Source: an uncultured virus (IMG/VR IMGVR_UViG_3300020196_000023) (lineage: Duplodnaviria > Heunggongvirae > Uroviricota > Caudoviricetes). From it: DNA of 20,000 nt. The notes beneath the pieces are model-generated. The model saw only the letters and a list, made by a program, of their open reading frames with translations, ran no database searches and had not been told where the DNA came from. This document shows, piece after piece, positions 7,573-16,361 of the stretch (its first letter is position 1; every line of letters starts with the position of its first letter). A program made the position numbers and the translations under genes. The DNA lies in IMG/VR virus record IMGVR_UViG_3300020196_000023. One strand, written 5' to 3'.

Positions 7573-10500
7573 ATGAAAATATTGCATTTGGCTGACACAC
7601 ATATTAAAAATCTTAAGTATCATGATGAATATCGTCAAATTTTTAATGAAATTTATAAAATTGCTAGAGAACAAAAAGTAGAATTAATTATTCATTGTGG
7701 CGATATTGCTCACACTAAAACTCAAATCAGTCCAGAATTTGTTGAAATGGCTGGTGATTTTTTTAGCAATCTTGCCTCAATCGCTCCAACGCATATTATT
7801 CTTGGTAATCACGATGTAAACTTAAAGAATGAATCGCGTCAAGATTCTATCTCTCCAATTATTAAAGCTCTTAATTTACCAAATCTTTTTCTTCATAAAT
7901 ATTCCGGCGAAGTCTCAATTAATGATCATTTTAGCTTAAACGTATTGAGCATTATTGATGAGGACAAATGGGTTAAGCCAAGTAACGCCGAAAAAATTAA
8001 TATTGGTTTATATCACGGTGCCATTTCTGGTATTACAACTGATACTGGTTATCAACTTGAAAGCGATGTTCATCTTGTTGATGTTTATGATGGACATGAT
8101 TATGTTTTTCTTGGTGATATTCATAAAACAAATCAATCAGTGGATAAAGAGGGTAAGGTTCGCTATCCCGGTTCAACCGTTCAGCAAGGCTTCGCAGAGA
8201 CAAACGATAAAGGATTTCTAATTTGGGACATACAATCAAAAAATGATTTTACATGTACACATTATGCTATCAAAAATCCAAAACCATATATTGATATTAT
8301 TCTTGGAGATCAAGGTGAGGTTCCTAGCGTTGATATTGCTCCTAATGCTCGCATACGTATTATTGCCGACAAAAGTATATCATTGGATAAAATTAAAAAG
8401 GCAACAGATATTGTAAAAAATAGTTTTAATCCTGAAAGTGTAAGCTTTGTTAGCAAGGCTATTATTAGTAAAAACAATACCGCTTCTACAATACTTGATA
8501 ATCAAGACAATTTACGCGATCTTGGAGTTCAAGAAAAGCTTATTCGTAATTATTTAAAAGAATATAAAGCAGAAGAAGATATATTACTGAAAGTATTAGA
8601 ATTAAATAAAAAGTTTTCTTCTGCTATTGAAGATGGTGAAGAAACATATCGCAATATTAATTGGAAATTAAAATCTCTTGAATGGGATAATCTATTTAAT
8701 TATGGAGAAGGTAATAAAATAGATTTTTCTAATCTAAATGGTATAGTAGGTATCTTTGGCAAAAACTATTCCGGCAAATCATCAGTTATTGATGGCTTGT
8801 TATATACTGTTTTTAATACTACTTCTAAAAACAACAGAAAGAATCTTAACGTTATTAATCAAAACGCTGAGAGTGCTTTTGGTAAGGCTACGATAGATAT
8901 TGATGGTGAAGAATATATTATTGATCGTAAAAGCGAAAAATATATTAAAAAGACAAAAGGCGTAGAGGTAATTGAAGCAAAAACAGATGTTCAATTTACA
9001 ACAGATAGTGAATCTTTGAACGGTTTGGCTCGTAATGATACAGATAAAAACATTCGTCGCTTCTTTGGCACTGTAGATGATTTTTTCTTAACATCTATGG
9101 CTAGCCAGTTTGGTTATTTATCTTTTATTACAGAAGGATCTACTAATCGTAAACAAATTCTTGCCAAGTTCTTGGATCTAGAGACATTTGAAAAGAAATT
9201 TAAAATGGCCAAAGAAGAAAGCTCAGAGTTAAAAACTCTCTTGAAAAAACTAGAGGGTGTTAATTATGAAAAAGACATTTCTCTAGCACAAGATGAAATT
9301 TCTAAGATTGAAATGGAAATTCAAAGTAAGAAAGTGTCGATTGATGATTTGAAAGAAAAAATTTCTATTGCCAATCAGGCTATTGCTGAATTGCAAGTAG
9401 CCATTAGCAGCATGCCTACTGAAGTAATAGATTATAAAATGACAGAAACATCTTTGCATAATTATCTAGGTAAGCAAAAAGAACTTCTAGACACCAATAT
9501 TAAAGTTGAGATTGATACAGAAAAGAAAAATACATTATTAAATGAAATAAACAATCTTATTTCTAGTATCAACGAGGAAGAACTACGCAAAAAAGACGCT
9601 GAACTTGTTTCCTTGTCTAAGGAAGTAAACGCTTTAGAAAAAAAATATTCATTACTAAGCGGCGAGTTATCTACAAGAGATAACAAAATTAAACTTTTAA
9701 ATGAGATTCCTTGCGGGGATTCTTTCCCAAGCTGTAAGTTTATCAAGGATGCTTTTGCAGCTAAGGAGGGCTATAAGGGCATTTTTGAAGAAACTATTGA
9801 ACTTGGTAACTCTCTTAATGAAAAAAGGTCATCTGCTATATCTCTTGATGAAGAAAATAGAGAGCAAAACGATAGATTTAAGTCATTAGTGCAAAAATCC
9901 TTGATTCTTAAAGAATTTATTGCAAAGAATGAGCTTACGATTGAAAAGAATCGTGGCTCCCTACATATTATCGAAGGAAACATACAGTCTTTACAAAAAA
10001 AACTAGAAGAATACGAAAAAAATAAACAAAAGATCGAAAGTTTCCAAGAGCTTTTATCAAAAAAAGACAATAAAAACAATATTTTGTTATCTTTAAATAA
10101 AAATTTGTCTGTTATTGAGAAAGAATTGTTAGAACTATATAAAAATCATGGTTCTATTACTCAAAAATATGAAATATTTGTCAAGCAAAAGGAAGAGTTA
10201 GAACAAATTCGTAAAGACTATGCAGCATACGAATTATATTTATCTTGTATGCATCCCAACGGTCTTTCATATGAGATTATTAAAAGTAAACTACCAGACA
10301 TTAATCAAGAAATATCTAAAATATTGTCTAATGTTGTAGATTTCTCTATTTATCTTGAGAATGACGACGATAAATTGGATATTATGATTAAACATCCGAA
10401 ATATGATGCTAGGCCATTAGAAATGGGTAGCGGTGCGGAGAAAACTCTTGCGTCTACAGCTATTAGATTAGCTCTTATCAGCGTAACAACACTCCCCCGG

Positions 10501-10698
10501 CCCGATTTTTTTGTGATGGATGAACCGGGAACGGCTCTTGATGCTGAAAATCTTGATGGATTTATAAAAATATTAGAGCTAATTAAAGGATATTTTAAAA
10601 CTGTTATACTTATCTCACATCTAGATAGTTTAAAAGATTGTGTTGATACGCAAATAGTTATTGAACAAAAAGATGGATACGCATTTATTAACCAATAG
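7573..10698 (+). CDS. Fused SbcD-SbcC (Mre11-Rad50; T4 gp47-gp46-like) recombination nuclease/ATPase, 1041 aa
   Basis: Metallophosphoesterase motifs DTH, GD, GNHD, HG and GDIH, then YPGS. Walker A GKNYSGKS at aa 396, long coiled coil with CGDSFPSC, signature GSGAEK, Walker B/D-loop VMDEPGTALD, H-loop ISH. Confidence 0.92.
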   Translation: MKILHLADTHIKNLKYHDEYRQIFNEIYKIAREQKVELIIHCGDIAHTKTQISPEFVEMAGDFFSNLASIAPTHIILGNHDVNLKNESRQDSISPIIKALNLPNLFLHKYSGEVSINDHFSLNVLSIIDEDKWVKPSNAEKINIGLYHGAISGITTDTGYQLESDVHLVDVYDGHDYVFLGDIHKTNQSVDKEGKVRYPGSTVQQGFAETNDKGFLIWDIQSKNDFTCTHYAIKNPKPYIDIILGDQGEVPSVDIAPNARIRIIADKSISLDKIKKATDIVKNSFNPESVSFVSKAIISKNNTASTILDNQDNLRDLGVQEKLIRNYLKEYKAEEDILLKVLELNKKFSSAIEDGEETYRNINWKLKSLEWDNLFNYGEGNKIDFSNLNGIVGIFGKNYSGKSSVIDGLLYTVFNTTSKNNRKNLNVINQNAESAFGKATIDIDGEEYIIDRKSEKYIKKTKGVEVIEAKTDVQFTTDSESLNGLARNDTDKNIRRFFGTVDDFFLTSMASQFGYLSFITEGSTNRKQILAKFLDLETFEKKFKMAKEESSELKTLLKKLEGVNYEKDISLAQDEISKIEMEIQSKKVSIDDLKEKISIANQAIAELQVAISSMPTEVIDYKMTETSLHNYLGKQKELLDTNIKVEIDTEKKNTLLNEINNLISSINEEELRKKDAELVSLSKEVNALEKKYSLLSGELSTRDNKIKLLNEIPCGDSFPSCKFIKDAFAAKEGYKGIFEETIELGNSLNEKRSSAISLDEENREQNDRFKSLVQKSLILKEFIAKNELTIEKNRGSLHIIEGNIQSLQKKLEEYEKNKQKIESFQELLSKKDNKNNILLSLNKNLSVIEKELLELYKNHGSITQKYEIFVKQKEELEQIRKDYAAYELYLSCMHPNGLSYEIIKSKLPDINQEISKILSNVVDFSIYLENDDDKLDIMIKHPKYDARPLEMGSGAEKTLASTAIRLALISVTTLPRPDFFVMDEPGTALDAENLDGFIKILELIKGYFKTVILISHLDSLKDCVDTQIVIEQKDGYAFINQ

Positions 10699-10706
10699 GA
10701 GTTGTT

Positions 10707-10994
10707 ATGTCTAATATGGGCTTATCAGAAGAAGTTAAAGAAGAAATAAAAGATTTAGATAAACGCATGGAAGCAGAAAGAAATAAATTAGACGGATCAC
10801 GTTTAGGATTAGTAGATTTAGTCACAGAAAAATTTGTATCTCGTAAATTATTAGTATGGTGTTTTGCTACTTGGCTTTTATGGACAGCAAAAATCACACC
10901 AGATGAATGGACAGCTATTACTTTAGGATATGTAGGAATCGAAGGTATGGCGGATTTAGCTGTTAAATGGAAAAACGCAGGTAAAAAGGAATAA
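10707..10994 (+). CDS. Putative holin
   Basis: 95 aa with SRK followed by two short hydrophobic segments and a basic C-terminus. SD AGGAG. Precedes two further membrane proteins. Confidence 0.55.
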   Translation: MSNMGLSEEVKEEIKDLDKRMEAERNKLDGSRLGLVDLVTEKFVSRKLLVWCFATWLLWTAKITPDEWTAITLGYVGIEGMADLAVKWKNAGKKE

Positions 10995-10996
10995 TT

Positions 10997-11386
10997 ATGA
11001 CTAAATTAACACAATATTGGAATAAGTTTCGTATTTGGATTGGACTTTTTGTTGCAGGAGCTGCTTTAAGTTTTCTTGTACTTAGAAAATATGTTGGTGA
11101 TGGTTTGGAACAACAAAGAGAGCAATATAAAAAAGAAGAAGATGCCAAAAAAGCTGCATCAGACAAATTGCAACAAGAAACAGCTAAATTAGAAGAAAAG
11201 AAACAAGAAGAAATAAAAGTTGTTGATGAAGATAAAAAACAAAAACTTAAAGAAGCCGTGGAAAGAGCAAAAGAAGAAAAAAGACGTTTAGAAGAAGAAG
11301 CAAAACGAGATCCACAGGGTTTTAAAATAGAATTAAAAAAAGAGTTAGGGGTAAAAGAAAAAAAGAAGAAAGGCAAACGTAAATAA
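10997..11386 (+). CDS. Putative i-spanin (Rz-like): N-terminal TM helix + coiled coil
   Basis: IWIGLFVAGAALSFLVL TM segment, then a K/E/Q-rich coiled coil and a poly-Lys tail. Confidence 0.5.
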   Translation: MTKLTQYWNKFRIWIGLFVAGAALSFLVLRKYVGDGLEQQREQYKKEEDAKKAASDKLQQETAKLEEKKQEEIKVVDEDKKQKLKEAVERAKEEKRRLEEEAKRDPQGFKIELKKELGVKEKKKKGKRK

Positions 11387-11892
11387 TGGGCTTTCTAAAA
11401 TCTTTTATTAGTATTATTACGCTGCTAGCGTTCCTAGCGGCGCGGATACCTATTGCCTATGCGACACCAGTTGCTTTGGATGCTGGAGTGGAAGCTACTG
11501 AGGAAGACGAATATGAAGATGGGGAATATGTTGTTTTAAAAGTAGGCGAAGAAGCTCCTTATGATGGTTTTTTATTTGATTCTGAAGGTTTAGCTAAAGT
11601 AATTGCTAATAAAAACTTTCAATTAGATAAGTTAAGAATAGAAAAAGATAGTGAAATTACTAAATTAAATATAGAATTAAAATATCTTAAAGAACAACAT
11701 AAACTAGAACTTAAAATAAATGAAGAATTAAAAGATAATATAATTTCTATTAAAGATAAAAGAATAGTTCAGTTAGAAGATAGTAAAAGGTGGGATGATG
11801 TTAAACTTTTTACTTCTATGTTACTCGGCATGGCTTTATCAGTAACAATATTTTATGCAGCAGTAAAAATCACCAATGTCAACAGTCAATAA
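11386..11892 (+). CDS. Exported membrane protein (signal peptide, acidic patch, coiled coil, C-terminal TM); possible spanin partner
   Basis: N-terminal hydrophobic stretch ending in AYA, GEEAPYDGFLF motif, C-terminal LFTSMLLGMALSVTIFYAAV. TAATG coupling to the previous gene. Confidence 0.55.
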   Translation: MGFLKSFISIITLLAFLAARIPIAYATPVALDAGVEATEEDEYEDGEYVVLKVGEEAPYDGFLFDSEGLAKVIANKNFQLDKLRIEKDSEITKLNIELKYLKEQHKLELKINEELKDNIISIKDKRIVQLEDSKRWDDVKLFTSMLLGMALSVTIFYAAVKITNVNSQ

Positions 11893-12271
11893 AAAAGATC
11901 CAAATTATATTGCTGCTTTAGAGAAGGCAATAAAAGAAAAGTATGGAGAATTAGCAACTATGAATCCAAAATATTTTTGGAATCAAGAAAAAGAACGTGA
12001 ATATTTAGCTGATACAAAAGAAATAGTAAAAAATCTGCTAAATAATGAAGAAACCAGAGAAAAAGTAGACTTAGGCGGTATTTTAATACCTAAGAAACTA
12101 ATTAATAAAAATACACAGAATATATGTTCTGTTTGTTCTGAATATAGCTTCAGCAAAGATGACGATGTATATTTTAATAAATTTAATACATGTCAAAAAT
12201 GCTATGTCCAGCACATAGAGGGAAGAGAAGAAAGATGGACTAAAGGTTGGCGTCCTAATGGAGAAAAATAA
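11876..12271 (+). CDS. Hypothetical protein with C-terminal CxxC...CxxC zinc finger
   Basis: CSVC-x16-CQKC. Overlaps the previous ORF by 17 nt. Confidence 0.75.
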   Translation: MSTVNKKDPNYIAALEKAIKEKYGELATMNPKYFWNQEKEREYLADTKEIVKNLLNNEETREKVDLGGILIPKKLINKNTQNICSVCSEYSFSKDDDVYFNKFNTCQKCYVQHIEGREERWTKGWRPNGEK

Positions 12272-12781
12272 ATGGCTAGTATTTTAGATGTAGTAAATGG
12301 AATTTCACAAGCTATCTCAGCAAAACATCACGGTGGATCAGAAGTAGGTTTAAAGCGTGAAACAGAAGATTTACTACAAGGATGCTCAATCTATGACCCT
12401 AGAATGATGGATGGTTTTGGAGTTCAATATCAAGGCAATATGTTGATTCTAAAATATCATAGCGAAATGCCATTAACAGCTGTACATGATAAAAATTTTG
12501 AAACTGATATTCGTAGAACAGTAAAAGATGTAGCAGACTTTATTAAAAAAGAATATAAAAAAGTAACTAAAAAAAGCCTAGAACTTACTGAATTTGGCGA
12601 TATACAAGTTATGGTACAAAGCGCTAATCGTAGAACAGCTTATGTTAACGCTGTGCAAACATATCAATTAGGTGGTATTGAAGGCTTTGATAAAGAAACT
12701 ACTAAGCAAGAACAAAACTATTCTGATATAGCAAAACGTTGGTTAATGAACTGCCGTCAACCAAAAACATATTTAAAATAG
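12272..12781 (+). CDS. Hypothetical protein (169 aa) upstream of the terminase
   Basis: ORF track, TAAATG junction, SD GGAG. Confidence 0.75.
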   Translation: MASILDVVNGISQAISAKHHGGSEVGLKRETEDLLQGCSIYDPRMMDGFGVQYQGNMLILKYHSEMPLTAVHDKNFETDIRRTVKDVADFIKKEYKKVTKKSLELTEFGDIQVMVQSANRRTAYVNAVQTYQLGGIEGFDKETTKQEQNYSDIAKRWLMNCRQPKTYLK

Positions 12782-12797
12782 GTAATAAGGTAATGGC

Positions 12798-14375
12798 ATG
12801 GCGTATAAATTATCCAAAGAGGAAATTAGAGCCGAAATATTAAAATGTGGCAAAGACCCTGCACATTTTTTGGATAACTATGCCAGAATCGTACATCAAG
12901 AACGTGGCTTAATACCTTTTAAGACTTTTAAATTTCAGAAACAATTATTAAAAGATTTTCATGATCATCGTTTTAATGTGATATTAAAATCACGTCAGAT
13001 GGGCATTTCAACAATTGTTTCTGGTTATATTGCTTGGATGATGTTGTTTTACAAAGAAAAAAACATTCTTGTAATGGCAACAAAATTAAATACAGCAATA
13101 GAAATAGTAGAAAAAGTAAAAGATATCTTTAATTCTATACCTCCTTGGTTGCAAATAGCAGAAATAAGTGTTAACAACAAAACAAAATTAGAATTAGATA
13201 ACGGTTCAAAAATACAAGGTGTTCCTACATCTAAAGATGCTGGTCGTGGTCAAACGCTTTCTTTATTGGTCCTTGACGAAGCAGCGCACGTGGAAGAAAT
13301 GGATGATTTATGGACCGGCTTATTACCAACAATTTCAACAGGCGGTCGCTGTATAGCTCTATCTACTCCTAACGGTGTTGGTAATTGGTTTCACAAGTCC
13401 TACGCTGATTCAGAAGTAGGTGCAAATAACTTTAAACCAACTAAATTACCTTGGTATGTACATCCAGAATATACACAAGAATGGTTTGATAATATGACGC
13501 GAAATATGAGTAAGCGTCAAATAGCACAAGAATTTGAATGTAATTTTAATGCATCTGGCGAAACTGTTATGAATCCAGATGATATTAACAGAATTAAGAA
13601 AAATATTGTTGAACCTAAATATCGCACTTGGATAGATCGTAACTACCATATATGGAAAGAATTTGAAAATGGCGGTTCTTATTTACTATCTGCCGACGTA
13701 GCCCGTGGTGATGGAAAAGACTTTTCTGTATTTCACGTATTAGATATTAAAAACATGGAACAAGTAGCAGAATATCAAGGAAAAATAGATCTTGATAGTT
13801 TTGCTCGTTTGCTTTTTGATGTTGGAAAAGAATATGGCAATTGTATGTTGGTAGTAGAAAACAACAACGTTGGTTATGCAGTATTAACTAAACTAGTAGA
13901 AATGGGATATCCAAATATATTCTATTCTGCCAAATCAACACATGAATTCGTTGATAGTTCTTCAGCGCAATATAATTCAAACTCTGTTCCCGGTTTTACA
14001 ACATCAATGAAAAATCGTCCATTGGTTGTTGCTAAGTTAGAAGAATTTATACGCAATAAAAGTATAAAAATTAATTCATTAAGATTTGCAAATGAATTAG
14101 ATACATTTGTCTGGATTCATGGTCGTCCAGAGGCACAGAAAAATTATAATGATGATTTGGTAATGTCATTAGCAATAGGATGCTGGGTTAGAGATACGGC
14201 GATAATTAACAACGAGCGTAATTTAGAGTATTCTAAGGCGTTTTTAGGTGCAATAGGAAAAATAGGTAATTATTTAGATACTACTCCAAAAGGTTTTGCA
14301 CAAGAAGAAAGAAAAATGAAACAACAACAAGTGCAACAAATGTATAAAGATTATAGCTGGATAATAAAAGGATAA
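12798..14375 (+). CDS. terL: Terminase large subunit (T4 gp17-like)
   Basis: Walker A-like KSRQMGIST, Walker B LLVLDEAAH, coupling motif STPNG, QEFEC, nuclease motifs ADVARGDGKDFS, VENN and DDLVMSLA. Confidence 0.96.
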   Translation: MAYKLSKEEIRAEILKCGKDPAHFLDNYARIVHQERGLIPFKTFKFQKQLLKDFHDHRFNVILKSRQMGISTIVSGYIAWMMLFYKEKNILVMATKLNTAIEIVEKVKDIFNSIPPWLQIAEISVNNKTKLELDNGSKIQGVPTSKDAGRGQTLSLLVLDEAAHVEEMDDLWTGLLPTISTGGRCIALSTPNGVGNWFHKSYADSEVGANNFKPTKLPWYVHPEYTQEWFDNMTRNMSKRQIAQEFECNFNASGETVMNPDDINRIKKNIVEPKYRTWIDRNYHIWKEFENGGSYLLSADVARGDGKDFSVFHVLDIKNMEQVAEYQGKIDLDSFARLLFDVGKEYGNCMLVVENNNVGYAVLTKLVEMGYPNIFYSAKSTHEFVDSSSAQYNSNSVPGFTTSMKNRPLVVAKLEEFIRNKSIKINSLRFANELDTFVWIHGRPEAQKNYNDDLVMSLAIGCWVRDTAIINNERNLEYSKAFLGAIGKIGNYLDTTPKGFAQEERKMKQQQVQQMYKDYSWIIKG

Positions 14376-14378
14376 ATC

Positions 14379-16361
14379 ATGGCTCCCGATAACAAAACAA
14401 AAGAAAATAATCCAAAAAATAGACAATCACCACTATATGTTGGTTTAACTAGATTATTTTCTGGTCCATTAAGCAATTTTCGCGCTCAATCACAAATACG
14501 TTATAAGCGCCGCGATTTAGACCGTTATAAATTTACTAGCACCAGCGGACAAAGTTTTAAAAAGAAAAGTTACAATCCTTTTGAAGCAATACAAAGTAAT
14601 ATCATGGCTAACCAAAGCCGTGCTGAACGTTATAGCGATTTTGATCAAATGGAATTCATGCCAGAAATAGCTTCTTCGATGGATATCTATGCCGATGAAA
14701 TGACAACCAGTAACCAATTTAGAAATTTGTTATTTATTGATTGTAAAAATGATGAAATTAAAGGCATACTTCATAATTTATATTTTAATGTTCTAAACGT
14801 AGAAACTAATTTATTTTCTTGGTGTAGAACAATGTGCAAGTTTGGTGATTTCTTTTTATACTTAGATGTTGATGAAAAATTGGGCGTTAAAACTGTTCTT
14901 GGTTTACCATCGCCCGAAATAGAAAGAATTGAAGGAGAAGATGAAACTAATCCAAATTATGTACAATTTCAATGGAACAGCGCTGGTTTAACATTTGAAA
15001 ATTGGCAAATAGCACATTTTCGTATCTTAGGGCAAGATAAATATTCTCCATATGGTACTTCCATTTTAGAGCCTGCACGCCGTATTTGGCGTCAGCTACA
15101 GTTAATGGAAGATGCCATGATGGCTTATCGCATTGTTCGCGCTCCAGAACGCCGTGTGTTTTATATCGATGTTGGTAACGTTGCCCCGCAAGAGGTTGAA
15201 CAATTCGTACAAAAAGTTATTACTGGTTTAAAACGTAACATGATTGTTGATCCAACAACTGGTCGTGTAGATTTGCGTTATAATCCCATGAGTATTGATG
15301 AAGATTTTTATATTCCAGTACGTGGTCAACAAAGTGGTACTAAAATTGAAAACCTACAAGGTGGCACATTTACAGGTGACATAGATGACGTACAATATTT
15401 GCGTGATAAACTATTTTCTGCTCTTAAATTACCACAAGCTTATTTAACAAATGGTAAAGATAAAGCAGCAGAAGATAAAAGCACATTAGCACAAAAAGAT
15501 ATACGTTTTGCAAGAACCGTACAACGTCTACAACGTGTAGTTATAGAAGAATTACGCAAGATTGGTATGATTCATTTGTATACTCTTGGTTATCGGAATG
15601 AAGATTTATTAAAGTTTAGTTTAAAACTAAATAATCCTTCTAAAATATCTGAGTTACAAGAGCTAGAACATTTTAAGGCCCAATTAGAAGTGGCCGGTAC
15701 GGCAAAAGAAGTTGGATTTAGCAAACGTTGGGTGTTTGAAAATGTCTTTAAGATGAGCGATAGAGACTTTTTACGTATTCAAAGAGACATATTCTATGAT
15801 AAACAATTTGAAAAGTCTATTGAAGCTGGAGAAACTAGTGCAGATACTGCATCAGGTGGTGGTAGCGCATTAGGCGGGTTGGGAGGAAACGAACCTACAC
15901 CACCTCCAGAGGGCGGCGAAACGCCGGGAACTGAAACACCATCAGCAGGCGGTGAAGCGGCAGGCAGTGAAGCAACAAAACCAGAAGAAACTAGTCTATT
16001 AGCAGCTCCAGCTAGAAGAAGCAATGCCGCAGTTCCTCGCCAATATAGAAAAGATGGCTATTATAAGACTCCCGGCTCTAATAATACATATCGTAAAGAA
16101 GAAGTGTCGGATAATCGTCCCGGTGGCGCTAGAAGTCGTGGAATCAATGCTACACATACGCCTTGGGCAGTCAATGGTGCATCTAAAAATAGCACACTTC
16201 CCGGTAAATCAGCATTAAATACTCTCAGTAGAAATATAATGAGTGAAAACGAGGATGTTGACTTTGATAATGAAGAAAAAATGCTTTTAGAAGTAGAAAA
16301 TAAGCTTCAAACGCTTTCAAAAACACTACTTAAAGAAGATAAAGACGCGGAGAAAAAATAA
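14379..16361 (+). CDS. Portal protein (T4 gp20-like) with long low-complexity C-terminal tail
   Basis: QLQLMEDAMMAYRIVRAPERRVFYIDVGN, EDFYIPVRG, IDDVQYLRDKLFSALKLP and DIRFARTVQRLQ match gp20-family motifs. Follows terL. Confidence 0.96.
   Translation: MAPDNKTKENNPKNRQSPLYVGLTRLFSGPLSNFRAQSQIRYKRRDLDRYKFTSTSGQSFKKKSYNPFEAIQSNIMANQSRAERYSDFDQMEFMPEIASSMDIYADEMTTSNQFRNLLFIDCKNDEIKGILHNLYFNVLNVETNLFSWCRTMCKFGDFFLYLDVDEKLGVKTVLGLPSPEIERIEGEDETNPNYVQFQWNSAGLTFENWQIAHFRILGQDKYSPYGTSILEPARRIWRQLQLMEDAMMAYRIVRAPERRVFYIDVGNVAPQEVEQFVQKVITGLKRNMIVDPTTGRVDLRYNPMSIDEDFYIPVRGQQSGTKIENLQGGTFTGDIDDVQYLRDKLFSALKLPQAYLTNGKDKAAEDKSTLAQKDIRFARTVQRLQRVVIEELRKIGMIHLYTLGYRNEDLLKFSLKLNNPSKISELQELEHFKAQLEVAGTAKEVGFSKRWVFENVFKMSDRDFLRIQRDIFYDKQFEKSIEAGETSADTASGGGSALGGLGGNEPTPPPEGGETPGTETPSAGGEAAGSEATKPEETSLLAAPARRSNAAVPRQYRKDGYYKTPGSNNTYRKEEVSDNRPGGARSRGINATHTPWAVNGASKNSTLPGKSALNTLSRNIMSENEDVDFDNEEKMLLEVENKLQTLSKTLLKEDKDAEKK

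Noticed and set aside
10707..10718. Lambda-type dual-start holin/antiholin motif (Met1/Met4)
   Set aside because: The intervening residues Ser-Asn carry no positive charge and the second ATG has no SD.
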